A DNA stretch of 64,000 bases. It comes from a virus. Lineage: Duplodnaviria > Caudoviricetes. The position numbers and the translations under genes were made by a program. The notes under the pieces are model-generated. The model ran no database searches, had not been told where the DNA came from, and worked only from the letters and a program-made list of their open reading frames with translations. The DNA is taken from IMG/VR virus record IMGVR_UViG_3300028048_003124; one strand, 5' to 3'. Shown here in pieces: positions 27,653-36,745 of the stretch. Each line of letters starts with the position of its first letter. Positions within the stretch are counted from its first letter, which is position 1.

Positions 27653-28495
27653 GTGATTTTGGTGGTATATTTCCTCAACGAGGGTAGGTTCATACCTAAG
27701 GATGATAAGGATGTTGTTATTTACGCTGTGTTGCTTAATGCCCAGAGACTTGATGCTGAAAGGGTAGTGGGCAAGACATTCATGACTACAAACAAGTTTT
27801 TAGCTTATAACTCAACACAGGGTGTAAAAGGCTCTGTAAGTAGGAAATGTAGCACCTTGTATGCAGCTAAGAAGATGTGTGATAAGCCAATACTTTTCTA
27901 TAAGACAGCCAAAGGCAATAATACCATAAAATCTGATAGCTTGCCTTTTTCTTATACAGATCATTACAGTTATGCCTATATTGATGGCTCTTTTAACGAC
28001 AGGTCAGAGGTATATGGTTGGGGAGGTTTTTTAGATAAGAACGGCATACGTCACATATTAAAGGGTAGTAGAAAAGATGACTATTCTAGATATGGTAGCG
28101 TAGCAGGAGAACTTTTTGGTGTCATCGATACTTTGAAGAAAGCCAGAGAGATTGGAGTAAGTGGTCTTATAATTTACTATGACTTTGATTGTATATATCG
28201 GTACTTGCTTGGAAGTCATGGTAGTAAAAATGATATCGCTATGTTGTATAAAGATACGGTAAAAGAAGCAATAAGTGATGGTTTGGATTTGATACTCGTC
28301 AAATTATCAAGCCATTCGGGTATTGCTGGAAATGATATAGCTGATCGCTTAGCGAGAGAAGCCGTTGGTCTAAGATCAGTAGGATGTTTACCATCAGGTT
28401 TCTTTAAGCCTAAGTGTAGATACCGTTGTTTTCCTGTAGAGTTTGCAGGAAAACGTATAACTGCTGATACTTTTATAAGTAGTGAGGTAGATTAA
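27653..28495 (+). CDS. rnhA: Ribonuclease HI with N-terminal extension
   Basis: Catalytic motifs AYIDGSF, AGEL, IYYD and SHSGIAGNDIADRLA are intact. Confidence 0.85.
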   Translation: MILVVYFLNEGRFIPKDDKDVVIYAVLLNAQRLDAERVVGKTFMTTNKFLAYNSTQGVKGSVSRKCSTLYAAKKMCDKPILFYKTAKGNNTIKSDSLPFSYTDHYSYAYIDGSFNDRSEVYGWGGFLDKNGIRHILKGSRKDDYSRYGSVAGELFGVIDTLKKAREIGVSGLIIYYDFDCIYRYLLGSHGSKNDIAMLYKDTVKEAISDGLDLILVKLSSHSGIAGNDIADRLAREAVGLRSVGCLPSGFFKPKCRYRCFPVEFAGKRITADTFISSEVD

Positions 28496-28496
28496 A

Positions 28497-28685
28497 ATGC
28501 TTGTCATAAAGTTAAGAGAAGCACATGGCTACCCAGAAACGTATGTATATGATTGTTTTGGCAATTTATTGTACTGTGTAGATGGTAGTTGTAATGTTAT
28601 ATCAGGTGATCCTAAATACGATGAGTATGAGTGGGTTGACTATAGTTACAATTCTACTATGGATACCTTGATTGTAATAGTTTAA
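28497..28685 (+). CDS. Small hypothetical protein, 'TVxELR..GxPxTxIY' family
   Basis: MLVIKLREAHGYPETYVYD. Confidence 0.65.
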   Translation: MLVIKLREAHGYPETYVYDCFGNLLYCVDGSCNVISGDPKYDEYEWVDYSYNSTMDTLIVIV

Positions 28686-28705
28686 GTACAGTTTGGAGGT
28701 GTAGT

Positions 28706-28924
28706 ATGTTTAAGGTAAGTTTCTTTGTAAAAGAGATGGTTGTTAATGGTGTTAAGAAGTACACTGACCAGGTAGTAAAGGCTTATTCTATCGAAGAGGC
28801 TATTAAAGCCCTGATAGAAGATGCGTACAACTATAGAAGAGTTTATGGTGGTGTGGCTGATTTATCCAACTGGGTAATTTTCAGAGGCAACACAGGCAAC
28901 AGGATTTATACATTTGATACATAA
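28706..28924 (+). CDS. Small hypothetical protein
   Basis: SD GGAGG; VVKAYSIEEAIK motif. Confidence 0.7.
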   Translation: MFKVSFFVKEMVVNGVKKYTDQVVKAYSIEEAIKALIEDAYNYRRVYGGVADLSNWVIFRGNTGNRIYTFDT

Positions 28925-29004
28925 GTTTCTACCAACCATTTAATGGTTGTTAGATATAAGTCCGCACTTTGTTGTTTTCATGTGGACTAAAATTCCTTTC
29001 TTTT

Positions 29005-29047
29005 AGGGCAGTCGCTGTAGTTTCGAGCTATGGCGACTGTTCTTTTT
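29005..29047 (+). terminator. Strong intrinsic terminator
   Basis: AGGGCAGTCGCTGTAGT-TTCG-AGCTATGGCGACTGTTCT followed by a T-run. Confidence 0.8.
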
Positions 29048-29389
29048 AATTGGTGAAAACTGGTGGTATGTGGATACGGTATAAGTTTAGTAAAGATTAG
29101 TGTTTATTTAGGTGTTGTAGATTGATCGGAATTTTCGTAGAATACAAAAACTGGCAAGAGATGTGTGGTCGTTAGTTATGCTAATACCATAAGAGTTTAT
29201 GATAGAAATTTCCTAAAAATTAGGAGTAATTTTCGGTTGAGTCGTTGGTGGGGCAGTGCTTTCTAAGATGGTCGATTTTCAACATTATAAAAGAAGTGTA
29301 TTTTAAGATTACAGTAGTGAGTTTTAAAGAGGTTGAGTAGAAGAGGGTATTCAAAACGTACTCTTAGATTGTTATATTTTGATATTTAA

Positions 29390-29592
29390 ATTTAGATACT
29401 AGAAGAATTTTATTAGAATTTATAAGGATAAAACCCTTTATTGATATACAATTTTAGATTCTATAAGTTTATTTTAGTCTGAGTATGTGTATTTGTTGAA
29501 TATGTTTGTACTTTTTTAGTTCTATGAAGTATAAAATTAGAAAAAAGAAAGAATTTATTAGAGTTTAGAAATATTTTATTAGAAACTATAAT
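29390..29592. repeat. Cluster A of phased TATTAGAnnnTA(G/T)AAG motifs
   Basis: Copies near 29390, 29411, 29452, 29556 and 29577. Confidence 0.6.
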
Positions 29593-29717
29593 GAGAATTG
29601 TTTGATACACTGATGGTATATTTATGTGTAAGTTGTATCGGGTGCATTGCTTTAAGTAAAATAATTATTTTTAGTGGTTTTCCAAGAAATATTTTTATGA
29701 GAGGAGAAGTTTGTAGT

Positions 29718-30971
29718 ATGAGTTATTTGTACGACAGTTTAAGAGATGCTCTTGGTGGTAAGAACTTTACTAGTGGCAAATACATATCAAATTGGTCGCC
29801 AAACGAAGTAAGGGGTATTGTCTTGATGAGAGATTTTATTCTTATTGCGGACTATATCAAATCGCCAAAAATTGTTAAGTTAGATTACAATGATGTAGCT
29901 TTCGACCTACAGAACAGAAATAGACGTGGAAATCTAAACAATTTATTAAGCAGTAGGCAGCTTTCCTGTTTGGAGGAGATTTACGTTGACGAAGGTATGA
30001 GATCGTATAGAGATGTCATAGATTTAGCAGCATACGTAAATAGCCTTGTAAGTAGCAGCAGTAGGCTAAGGTACTATGGGTATGTAAGTGGCTTCAGAGC
30101 AGATATGATTAGAGACTTATATCAAAAGGCTTTAATGAATGGCTCTATGGACTTCACACTAGCAGAGACTTTGGGTAATTTCCAATTCGCTACAACAAAT
30201 AATACAGAGTGGTACAGCAAGTATAATCTAAGACCCCAATTTTACGGGGTAGACGTAGACGGTGGTAGATTAAGCACATACTTTAAAAAGTGTGAGAGTG
30301 TTATTGGGGCAATAGAGAGGGAAAAGAGTGGCAAGATTGAAGAGCTAAACGAGTTGATAAGGATTAAAGAAGCTTTCCTGTTTGATTACAACAGTGTTGA
30401 GAGCCTCAGGTACCTGTTCTTATTTGGTAAGTTTTTGGGAAATACTGATATGGTTGGCAGACGTATAGGCAAGAATTTACTTGAAAGTCTGAGAAAGTGT
30501 ACCAGTGTTGATGGTTTAACTTATCCTAAACTTGCAGATGCTCTTAGAAAAGGTAATGTACCAAGTGACGGAAGGGTACAGTACCTCTTTAATCAGTATA
30601 AAGAGTTAGGTCTGTATGATAAGGCAGATAGCAAAAAAGAATTCAAGTTGGAGGAGACAGACAAATTAGGAAACAAACACGAGGTAAAGGGTATATACAG
30701 GCTTGGTGAAAGGCTTGATACGTTGTTAGCAGGTATGTTTAGGGCTAACAGTAACTGGAAATTGTTTTATCTAATGTCTTGTAAGCGTTGTAACAGCTTA
30801 CCTGCGGGAAAATTATCATATGAGTTAGAGAAAGATGGAGTTCTTTTCTGTGGTGTTAACGGTAGTGTGTCGAATGGAGATGGTGTACAAGAGTTAGTAA
30901 AATTCTTGTACGATTTGTCTGGATATTCAGAAGAAGGTTTCAAACGGGTATGTACCAGAGAAAGAAAGTGA
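29718..30971 (+). CDS. Hypothetical protein; N-terminal domain resembles the C-terminal domain of the downstream ATPase
   Basis: SD GAGGAG before ATG 29718; GNLNNLL..QLSCLEEIYVD versus GNIADLF..MPNLKGLEFD. Confidence 0.75.
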   Translation: MSYLYDSLRDALGGKNFTSGKYISNWSPNEVRGIVLMRDFILIADYIKSPKIVKLDYNDVAFDLQNRNRRGNLNNLLSSRQLSCLEEIYVDEGMRSYRDVIDLAAYVNSLVSSSSRLRYYGYVSGFRADMIRDLYQKALMNGSMDFTLAETLGNFQFATTNNTEWYSKYNLRPQFYGVDVDGGRLSTYFKKCESVIGAIEREKSGKIEELNELIRIKEAFLFDYNSVESLRYLFLFGKFLGNTDMVGRRIGKNLLESLRKCTSVDGLTYPKLADALRKGNVPSDGRVQYLFNQYKELGLYDKADSKKEFKLEETDKLGNKHEVKGIYRLGERLDTLLAGMFRANSNWKLFYLMSCKRCNSLPAGKLSYELEKDGVLFCGVNGSVSNGDGVQELVKFLYDLSGYSEEGFKRVCTRERK

Positions 30972-30984
30972 GGTTATTTTAAGA

Positions 30985-33900
30985 ATGGATACTAATTTAA
31001 AGGCTAACATAAGTTCAGAGTATGGTAAGCTGAGTAATTGGGAGAAATCAAGGGTAGTAAAATACCTCAGATTGCTTGGTAAGAACAACTTTGATGTAAT
31101 AACTTACTGTCAGATTGATGGCGTAGATTTGAATGGTCTAGAACACGCTTTTCAGGGAGAGGGTTCAGATGGCGAGTTAGGGTATCTACACTTACTGGTA
31201 GATGCTATAACACTATCTAAAGAGAAGAACAAAGGTCTGCCTGTCAGTATGTGCCTAAGTGATGATATTGAGGTAGCTGAGGTGCTTGGGCATAAAGGCT
31301 CAGAGTGTGTAGGTATCGATGGTGCGATAGGTGCGTGGAATATAGAGGTAGGAAAGGGTACTAAGGAAAAGTATGACGGCGCTGATGATAGTTGGGAAGA
31401 TCAGAAGAAAGAGGATGAAGAGCGCAAGAAGAGGGAAGAAGAGGATAGAAAGAGAAGAGAGGCTGAGGATAAGGCTAAGGATGAGGAGCGGAAAAAGGAA
31501 GAGGAAAAATCCAAGCACCGTGATGAGTATGACAATCTAAGAGAAGAGATACGCAAGATTTTCAATCTTTCAATAACTCAGAACGTAGAGGGTATTCTGG
31601 AAAGGTATAGACTTCTGTTAGAGTCTGGCTATGACCTAGAAAGACCTTATGGTATTGTAAGCTCATTGGGTGTTATTTACTTAGATAGTGATAACGTGTT
31701 GAAGGTTAGAGAAGATTATGAACATGATATTGATATCAACTCATCTTTAAACATGTATAACTATTTTGAGGGTAAGTTAAATTTCGAAGAGTCTGATTCT
31801 CGTTCTGCAAAGATGATAGGTGCAGATATACTCGAGGGTTACAGAATGCATAAGACTATTTACTTCCCTAATAAGCTGTTAGAGTATGCTTATGGTAGAG
31901 CAAGTAGTAGAGAGGAAAGTAAAAATTACTCTTACGCAAAGAGAAATGGTGAAGGCATAAGTACCAAATGGGGTAAGATGCGTGACATGATAAGGGAGGA
32001 TTTGAAGATTGTTATTGAAAATTCTCTTGTTGTCTATTGTGTAAACATTCTCGGTTGTGATAAGAGTGGCAAAGATGCCAGAGAGAAGATAGTCAAGAGT
32101 GGCAAGAACTCTGAAGTTGAGGGTTTTATCAAGTATATCTCTAACAGTATGAGTAACTGTGTTATCATTATGGAATATAAGAGTACTCAGAGCAAACCCT
32201 TAAAAATGAGGATTAGGGTATGTGATCCGAGTGGTAGTTGTTATCAAAACATGATTGGCGAGATTATAAATGTTGCTTTTTCTGGAAACACTGGTGGTTC
32301 TGAGGGTGTAACTTTATCAAGCAGTCTTAATGAGGTTGATAGTAACACATATAAGGTTTATGAATATGCCCATGAGTTTAATCATGTGCTTAGTAATGCT
32401 ATGCCTTTGTTTGCATATAAAGCATATGAAAAGTTAGCTGAGAAAGGCGAGAGTATTTCTTTCAAAGATCTAGTTCTTGGGCAGAGCATAGATGGAACAA
32501 TATTAAGAAATGGTACTCATGGTGTGAATTTGAGTGGCAATTTATTCCATTACATCAATGCAGGAAGCCGATCGGGTAAAGGTGTTATGACACTAAACAT
32601 GGTAGCAGGGGCATTACTAAGTGGTAAGGCTCTGTTTTACTTAGACAATAAACCAGATATGGCATCTATGTTAAGTGAGATAGGAGGAGGCAACACAGCA
32701 AGTGGACCCTCTTTCTTTGCATTGAATGGTAGTAACTACAATGATGACAAACAGGCTCAGTTTACAATGCAAGATTCTTGGATAAACCCAGAGCACATAC
32801 CAGTAGAGGTAGTCGAGCTTTTTGGAGAACCGAGTTGGAGTAAGCTTGGAGATTTGTTTTACATGAGAGCATATACTCTTGCTTTTGGTATAATTCTTGC
32901 AAGGGGTTTAGATGGAGGTCACGGCAAGGGTGATGATGAACGATTTGGAGGAAAACAGGGTATTTTCCTTATTTGTGATGAAACAAATATACTCCAAGAT
33001 AAATTCAGATTACTTATGGAAGTGGTAGCTGATAAGATACCTTTACAGAGTAAGAATTTTAAGTCTATGTCGGCAGCTTTAATTGCCAAGTATAACGAGA
33101 TGAATACAGAAGGTGCAAGAAAGGGTATTGAGGCAAAGTACGATACCATGAAACGTGATTTCGAGGAAGCCTTTAATGCGCACAAGTTTTATGCTTTAAG
33201 CTTGCTCAATATGTTTGCTGATAATATAAGTTATCTTGGTGATAAAAGTAATGCAGGTTTCTTGAGAGCTGAGTTTGAAAAGTCAGACGTAGCGGTAATT
33301 GGTCAGAACCTAGAGCAAAGACCTATAAGCAAAGAGACAATAAGAACTTCTGTTAGTAGTGCAAGATTAACAGGAGAGGCAAGTGGTGCAAAGGGATTAG
33401 GAGGAACGCAAGTAGCTAAAGACGTAAAGGGTAGTGCAAGCATACCTTTAGCGCATTTTGTGTTTAGTAGTTCTGATGCATTAATAGGTTATAACAGTAT
33501 ACATCCAGAATATCTTGCTCAAACCGAGGCTGGAAGTAATGCTTTCGGCAGACTAGATTTGAGTGCAAATAATTTCTGTTATCTTCCGAGGTTAAATCTT
33601 GTAGAGGATGAGAAACCTGCTGTACAGTTAACAAAATCAAAGGCAAATGAGCAGAGTAGTGTTTACTTTAAACCGTATCTTATACTTAATAATTCTAGTG
33701 ATGCTTATACAAGCCAGATGTTTGAAAGGGTAGCAAACGCTGGACTTCTTCCAGAAGATGTTATAAGGGAGTACCCAGATGAAAACAACAGTGGAAAAAT
33801 AAGTCCTTTTGTTGGATTCCCTGAATACATGAGTCTTATGGGAGTTACTGATATTGCTGATAGACTGAAGAAGAGTGCTGACATAGCTAATTTTGTAGTA

Positions 33901-35376
33901 GGTCAGGTATTGGGGTACCCAGATGATGGAAGTGGACGTCCTTTATGGTTACAATTAGTAACAGATTTACGTCCAGAGTGGATATTTTCCTTGAAGGATG
34001 TTGCTTGTCTTAGTGGTGGTTTAATTAGAGATGCAAATTTACCTAAAGAAAAGAACAATCCTTTAGTTAAAGAGTATTATGATTATATTAAGTTCGTCAC
34101 AGAAAATACAGATTTAGGCATTACAGACAACTCCATGAGTAGAGAAGGGGTTATGTATGTAGATGATAATGGTGATGTTAACTGGGATTTAACGGGTTAT
34201 GAGAGAGATGGTGGAACGGGTGATTTCGACGCTGATGACGAATATGATGAGAATGGTTATGTAAGTAGAATGCAGAGAGGTCTTGGCGATGATGAGGTAT
34301 ATGAAGATGACGAGGAAATAGACGATTTCTTCGGTGATGAAGATACTGACTATCATGACGGTTTTGAGACTGCTGATGTATTCGATGCCAGTAGCAATGT
34401 TGTAGGAAGCAGAGAAGGTTATGCCTATGAGATGGCTGAAAAAGATAGGCAGATAGCTGAATTACTCCAGAAGCTCAAGGAAGCAGGGTATAGTGATAAA
34501 GACCTAGAAGGGTATGGGGTATTTAGTAGCGGAAGCTCAGGTCAAGGTGTTGATTGCGGATACAGAGTACCAGAAGATAGATATGAGTTTGGCAGGACTG
34601 ATTTCGATGGTATGGGTGAAGGCTTTGCCAGTACTGATGATGAAATCAGAGCTACAACGATGGCTCATTTAATACAGAAGATAACTGACAGAGTATTGGT
34701 AGACTTTGGAGGACCTGAGCGTTTCAAGAGTATTCGAGTTATTGGCGGTGCATTGATCGTAAATGGTCTAGCCTATCGTTGCAAAGTAAGCAAGGATTGC
34801 ATAGGTCTTTTACCTCTTGACATAAGGCGTAAGGTTCACGCAGGAAACATCGCCGATCTGTTCAATTGGAGTGCTTTATATCGTATGCCAAATCTGAAGG
34901 GTTTGGAGTTTGATTCTATCAACTTTGTGAGCACTGAGGTTGCCAGTATGCTTGGCTTTGGAAGTAATATTTCTGTAGAGAGTTTCTTTGATGCTTTTCC
35001 AAGTTTGTTAGGTCTCATCCTTGGCAAGAATAGATTTACAAGACAGAATTATAAGCAGGAGATGCAGGATTGTGATCTATTCTACTATCAAAGCAGGGGT
35101 ACTGCTTACGCAGGTGCCTGTGACAGTGTATTAAGTAAGTGGACAAAAAATTCTTGGACATTCACAAAGAATATGCTTACGGATAGGAACAAAGGGGTAT
35201 TCACAAGGGTTTTAGGTGTAATGTTTGGTGGCGCAGCGTCTGCTGTAACTGGTGTAGCAGCCTTAGGAGCAAAAGGAGCTAAAGGTATAGGGCAGATGGT
35301 AGATAAGAAGAAAAACAAAGGAAGAATAGGCAAGGGTATCGATGTTGTTAAAGAGACTTTTAAGGATCTCTTTTAA
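30985..35376 (+). CDS. Large (1463 aa) FtsK/HerA/VirD4-superfamily P-loop ATPase
   Basis: Walker A AGSRSGKG followed by LFYLDNKPD (DxK strand typical of FtsK/VirD4); Walker B IFLICDE; late VIGQ. Charged coiled coil, acidic linker and C-terminal Gly/Ala hydrophobic helix. Confidence 0.7.
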   Translation: MDTNLKANISSEYGKLSNWEKSRVVKYLRLLGKNNFDVITYCQIDGVDLNGLEHAFQGEGSDGELGYLHLLVDAITLSKEKNKGLPVSMCLSDDIEVAEVLGHKGSECVGIDGAIGAWNIEVGKGTKEKYDGADDSWEDQKKEDEERKKREEEDRKRREAEDKAKDEERKKEEEKSKHRDEYDNLREEIRKIFNLSITQNVEGILERYRLLLESGYDLERPYGIVSSLGVIYLDSDNVLKVREDYEHDIDINSSLNMYNYFEGKLNFEESDSRSAKMIGADILEGYRMHKTIYFPNKLLEYAYGRASSREESKNYSYAKRNGEGISTKWGKMRDMIREDLKIVIENSLVVYCVNILGCDKSGKDAREKIVKSGKNSEVEGFIKYISNSMSNCVIIMEYKSTQSKPLKMRIRVCDPSGSCYQNMIGEIINVAFSGNTGGSEGVTLSSSLNEVDSNTYKVYEYAHEFNHVLSNAMPLFAYKAYEKLAEKGESISFKDLVLGQSIDGTILRNGTHGVNLSGNLFHYINAGSRSGKGVMTLNMVAGALLSGKALFYLDNKPDMASMLSEIGGGNTASGPSFFALNGSNYNDDKQAQFTMQDSWINPEHIPVEVVELFGEPSWSKLGDLFYMRAYTLAFGIILARGLDGGHGKGDDERFGGKQGIFLICDETNILQDKFRLLMEVVADKIPLQSKNFKSMSAALIAKYNEMNTEGARKGIEAKYDTMKRDFEEAFNAHKFYALSLLNMFADNISYLGDKSNAGFLRAEFEKSDVAVIGQNLEQRPISKETIRTSVSSARLTGEASGAKGLGGTQVAKDVKGSASIPLAHFVFSSSDALIGYNSIHPEYLAQTEAGSNAFGRLDLSANNFCYLPRLNLVEDEKPAVQLTKSKANEQSSVYFKPYLILNNSSDAYTSQMFERVANAGLLPEDVIREYPDENNSGKISPFVGFPEYMSLMGVTDIADRLKKSADIANFVVGQVLGYPDDGSGRPLWLQLVTDLRPEWIFSLKDVACLSGGLIRDANLPKEKNNPLVKEYYDYIKFVTENTDLGITDNSMSREGVMYVDDNGDVNWDLTGYERDGGTGDFDADDEYDENGYVSRMQRGLGDDEVYEDDEEIDDFFGDEDTDYHDGFETADVFDASSNVVGSREGYAYEMAEKDRQIAELLQKLKEAGYSDKDLEGYGVFSSGSSGQGVDCGYRVPEDRYEFGRTDFDGMGEGFASTDDEIRATTMAHLIQKITDRVLVDFGGPERFKSIRVIGGALIVNGLAYRCKVSKDCIGLLPLDIRRKVHAGNIADLFNWSALYRMPNLKGLEFDSINFVSTEVASMLGFGSNISVESFFDAFPSLLGLILGKNRFTRQNYKQEMQDCDLFYYQSRGTAYAGACDSVLSKWTKNSWTFTKNMLTDRNKGVFTRVLGVMFGGAASAVTGVAALGAKGAKGIGQMVDKKKNKGRIGKGIDVVKETFKDLF

Positions 35377-35393
35377 AAGTCTATTGTAGCTTA

Positions 35394-35432
35394 TTAAGAC
35401 GGTATTTCGGTTAGAGGTACCGTCTTAAATTT
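35394..35432 (+). terminator. Intrinsic terminator
   Basis: TTAAGACGGTATTTC / GAGGTACCGTCTTAA stem. Confidence 0.7.
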
Positions 35433-35496
35433 TACTCAACTTGTATGTTCTTTTTACGGACGTGTTGTCCTTAAAGGAAAGAAGGTGTTTAGCTAA

Positions 35497-35790
35497 ATGG
35501 CTGTTATTCATAACCCCTATAGAGTGCTTGGTTTAAAAGAAGGATGTAGCGAGAAAGATGTAAAAAAGGCTTTTAGGCTTCTATGCAAGGAGTATCACCC
35601 TGATATAACTGGTGCCAAGTGGGGTGACGAGTCATACAAAAAATTCCTTGAAATAAGAGATGCTTACGAGATGATTATATCAGGCAAAACATCTGTAGTA
35701 TCTAACGCTAGTAATGGAAGAAGCAGTACCGACGATGATTGGTATTGGTCTCATAAAAGTTTATTCCAAATTTTTAAAAGGAGAAAGTAA
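35497..35790 (+). CDS. Small J-domain (DnaJ-like) protein
   Basis: NPYRVLGL...VKKAFRLLCKEYHPD...KFLEIRDAYEMI; HPD motif intact. Confidence 0.9.
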   Translation: MAVIHNPYRVLGLKEGCSEKDVKKAFRLLCKEYHPDITGAKWGDESYKKFLEIRDAYEMIISGKTSVVSNASNGRSSTDDDWYWSHKSLFQIFKRRK

Positions 35791-35792
35791 CC

Positions 35793-36197
35793 ATGGTAAA
35801 ACTTATCAAAAATGGTATCGTTAAGATGCCTTGGAGAGCAGACAGATTCTTCGAGAGTAGAACAAGAGGTTTCATCGCCGCTGTTGAGGTATATGGTACG
35901 GAAGAAGCTCCGATCCCTGTTATCTTTCAGGAGGGAGTTGTTTTCTTGCTTGTAGATCCTGATACAGGAGATGTCGCATCTCTCGAAGAGATTGCAGAGG
36001 CGATCAAAGAGTGCTTCAACGATGGTATCTCTTGTGAGGATGGTTATCCCGATGCTTATGTTGAGCTAGGAAACATGGGTATCGATGATGAAGATGAAGC
36101 CAAAAACTGGGGTTTGACCGATGAGAACATCTCAGACATTGCTGAGAGATGTGTTGATCTTCATCCTTATTGGGAGGTTGAAGATGTTGAAATGTAG
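35793..36197 (+). CDS. Acidic hypothetical protein
   Basis: 134-aa ORF with SD AGGAG. Confidence 0.75.
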   Translation: MVKLIKNGIVKMPWRADRFFESRTRGFIAAVEVYGTEEAPIPVIFQEGVVFLLVDPDTGDVASLEEIAEAIKECFNDGISCEDGYPDAYVELGNMGIDDEDEAKNWGLTDENISDIAERCVDLHPYWEVEDVEM

Positions 36198-36237
36198 TTC
36201 TTATAAGGTTTTATGCTTTATTACCCAGATAATGTTT

Positions 36238-36359
36238 ATTTAGATCCAAGAAGTATTTTTATTAGATACTAGAAGTGTTTAAATAGACTATTTATGGTAT
36301 AATTTAGAAAAAGTATATACATTATTAGATCTTAGAAGTGCATAGTTAGAATTTAAAAG
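36238..36359. repeat. Cluster B of phased TATTAGAnnnTAGAAG motifs
   Basis: tttagatccaagaag 36239, tattagatactagaag 36260, tattagatcttagaag 36323, gttagaatttaaaag 36345. Confidence 0.65.
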
Positions 36360-36383
36360 ATTTGCAACAGGCTATAGAGCTTG

Positions 36384-36412
36384 TTGCAAATCTTTTTAAT
36401 TTATGTTAAAAT
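36384..36412 (+). promoter_or_regulatory. Promoter TTGCAA-N17-TAAAAT embedded in an inverted repeat
   Basis: The -35 lies in the right arm of AAAAGATTTGCAACAGGCT / AGCTTGTTGCAAATCTTTT (~36355-36396), which may also terminate upstream transcription. Confidence 0.6.
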
Positions 36413-36418
36413 AAGTAT

Positions 36419-36675
36419 ATGTCGAGAGACCTGAAAGATTTGCGGTAGTTCATTTCTTTTACTATCTCGGCATTATAAACATCAACTTAGTTATATAACT
36501 AGTGCACAAGTTGATTTGAGAAGCGCATGGCTCTTAGGTGTGTTTCGGTGAGTAAGCGTTGGAGTGTATAAGGATCTAAGAGAACTTTCAAGTAAGCCCA
36601 TAAGGTATATGGCAAAGAAAGATTTGTATACAGGTTTTGTGAATAAGTTACGCTCCAACGACGACTCATTAAAAA
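36419..36675 (+). ncRNA. Candidate ~250-nt structured RNA
   Basis: Follows a promoter. Stems GTCGAGA/TCTCGGC and ATCAACTT/AAGTTGAT; long-range GTGAGT..CGTTGGAGTGTA (36548-36568) / TACGCTCCAACG..ACTCAT (36649-36669). Confidence 0.4.
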
Positions 36676-36710
36676 AATTGCTAGAAATTTCAAAAAAATT
36701 TCAGAGTTTA

Positions 36711-36739
36711 TTGCATATTCTACGGATATGTGTTAAACT
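36711..36739 (+). promoter_or_regulatory. Promoter TTGCAT-N17-TAAACT upstream of the large ncRNA and tRNA
   Basis: 17-bp spacer, extended TG, A-tract UP-like region upstream. Confidence 0.65.
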
Positions 36740-36745
36740 ATACAT

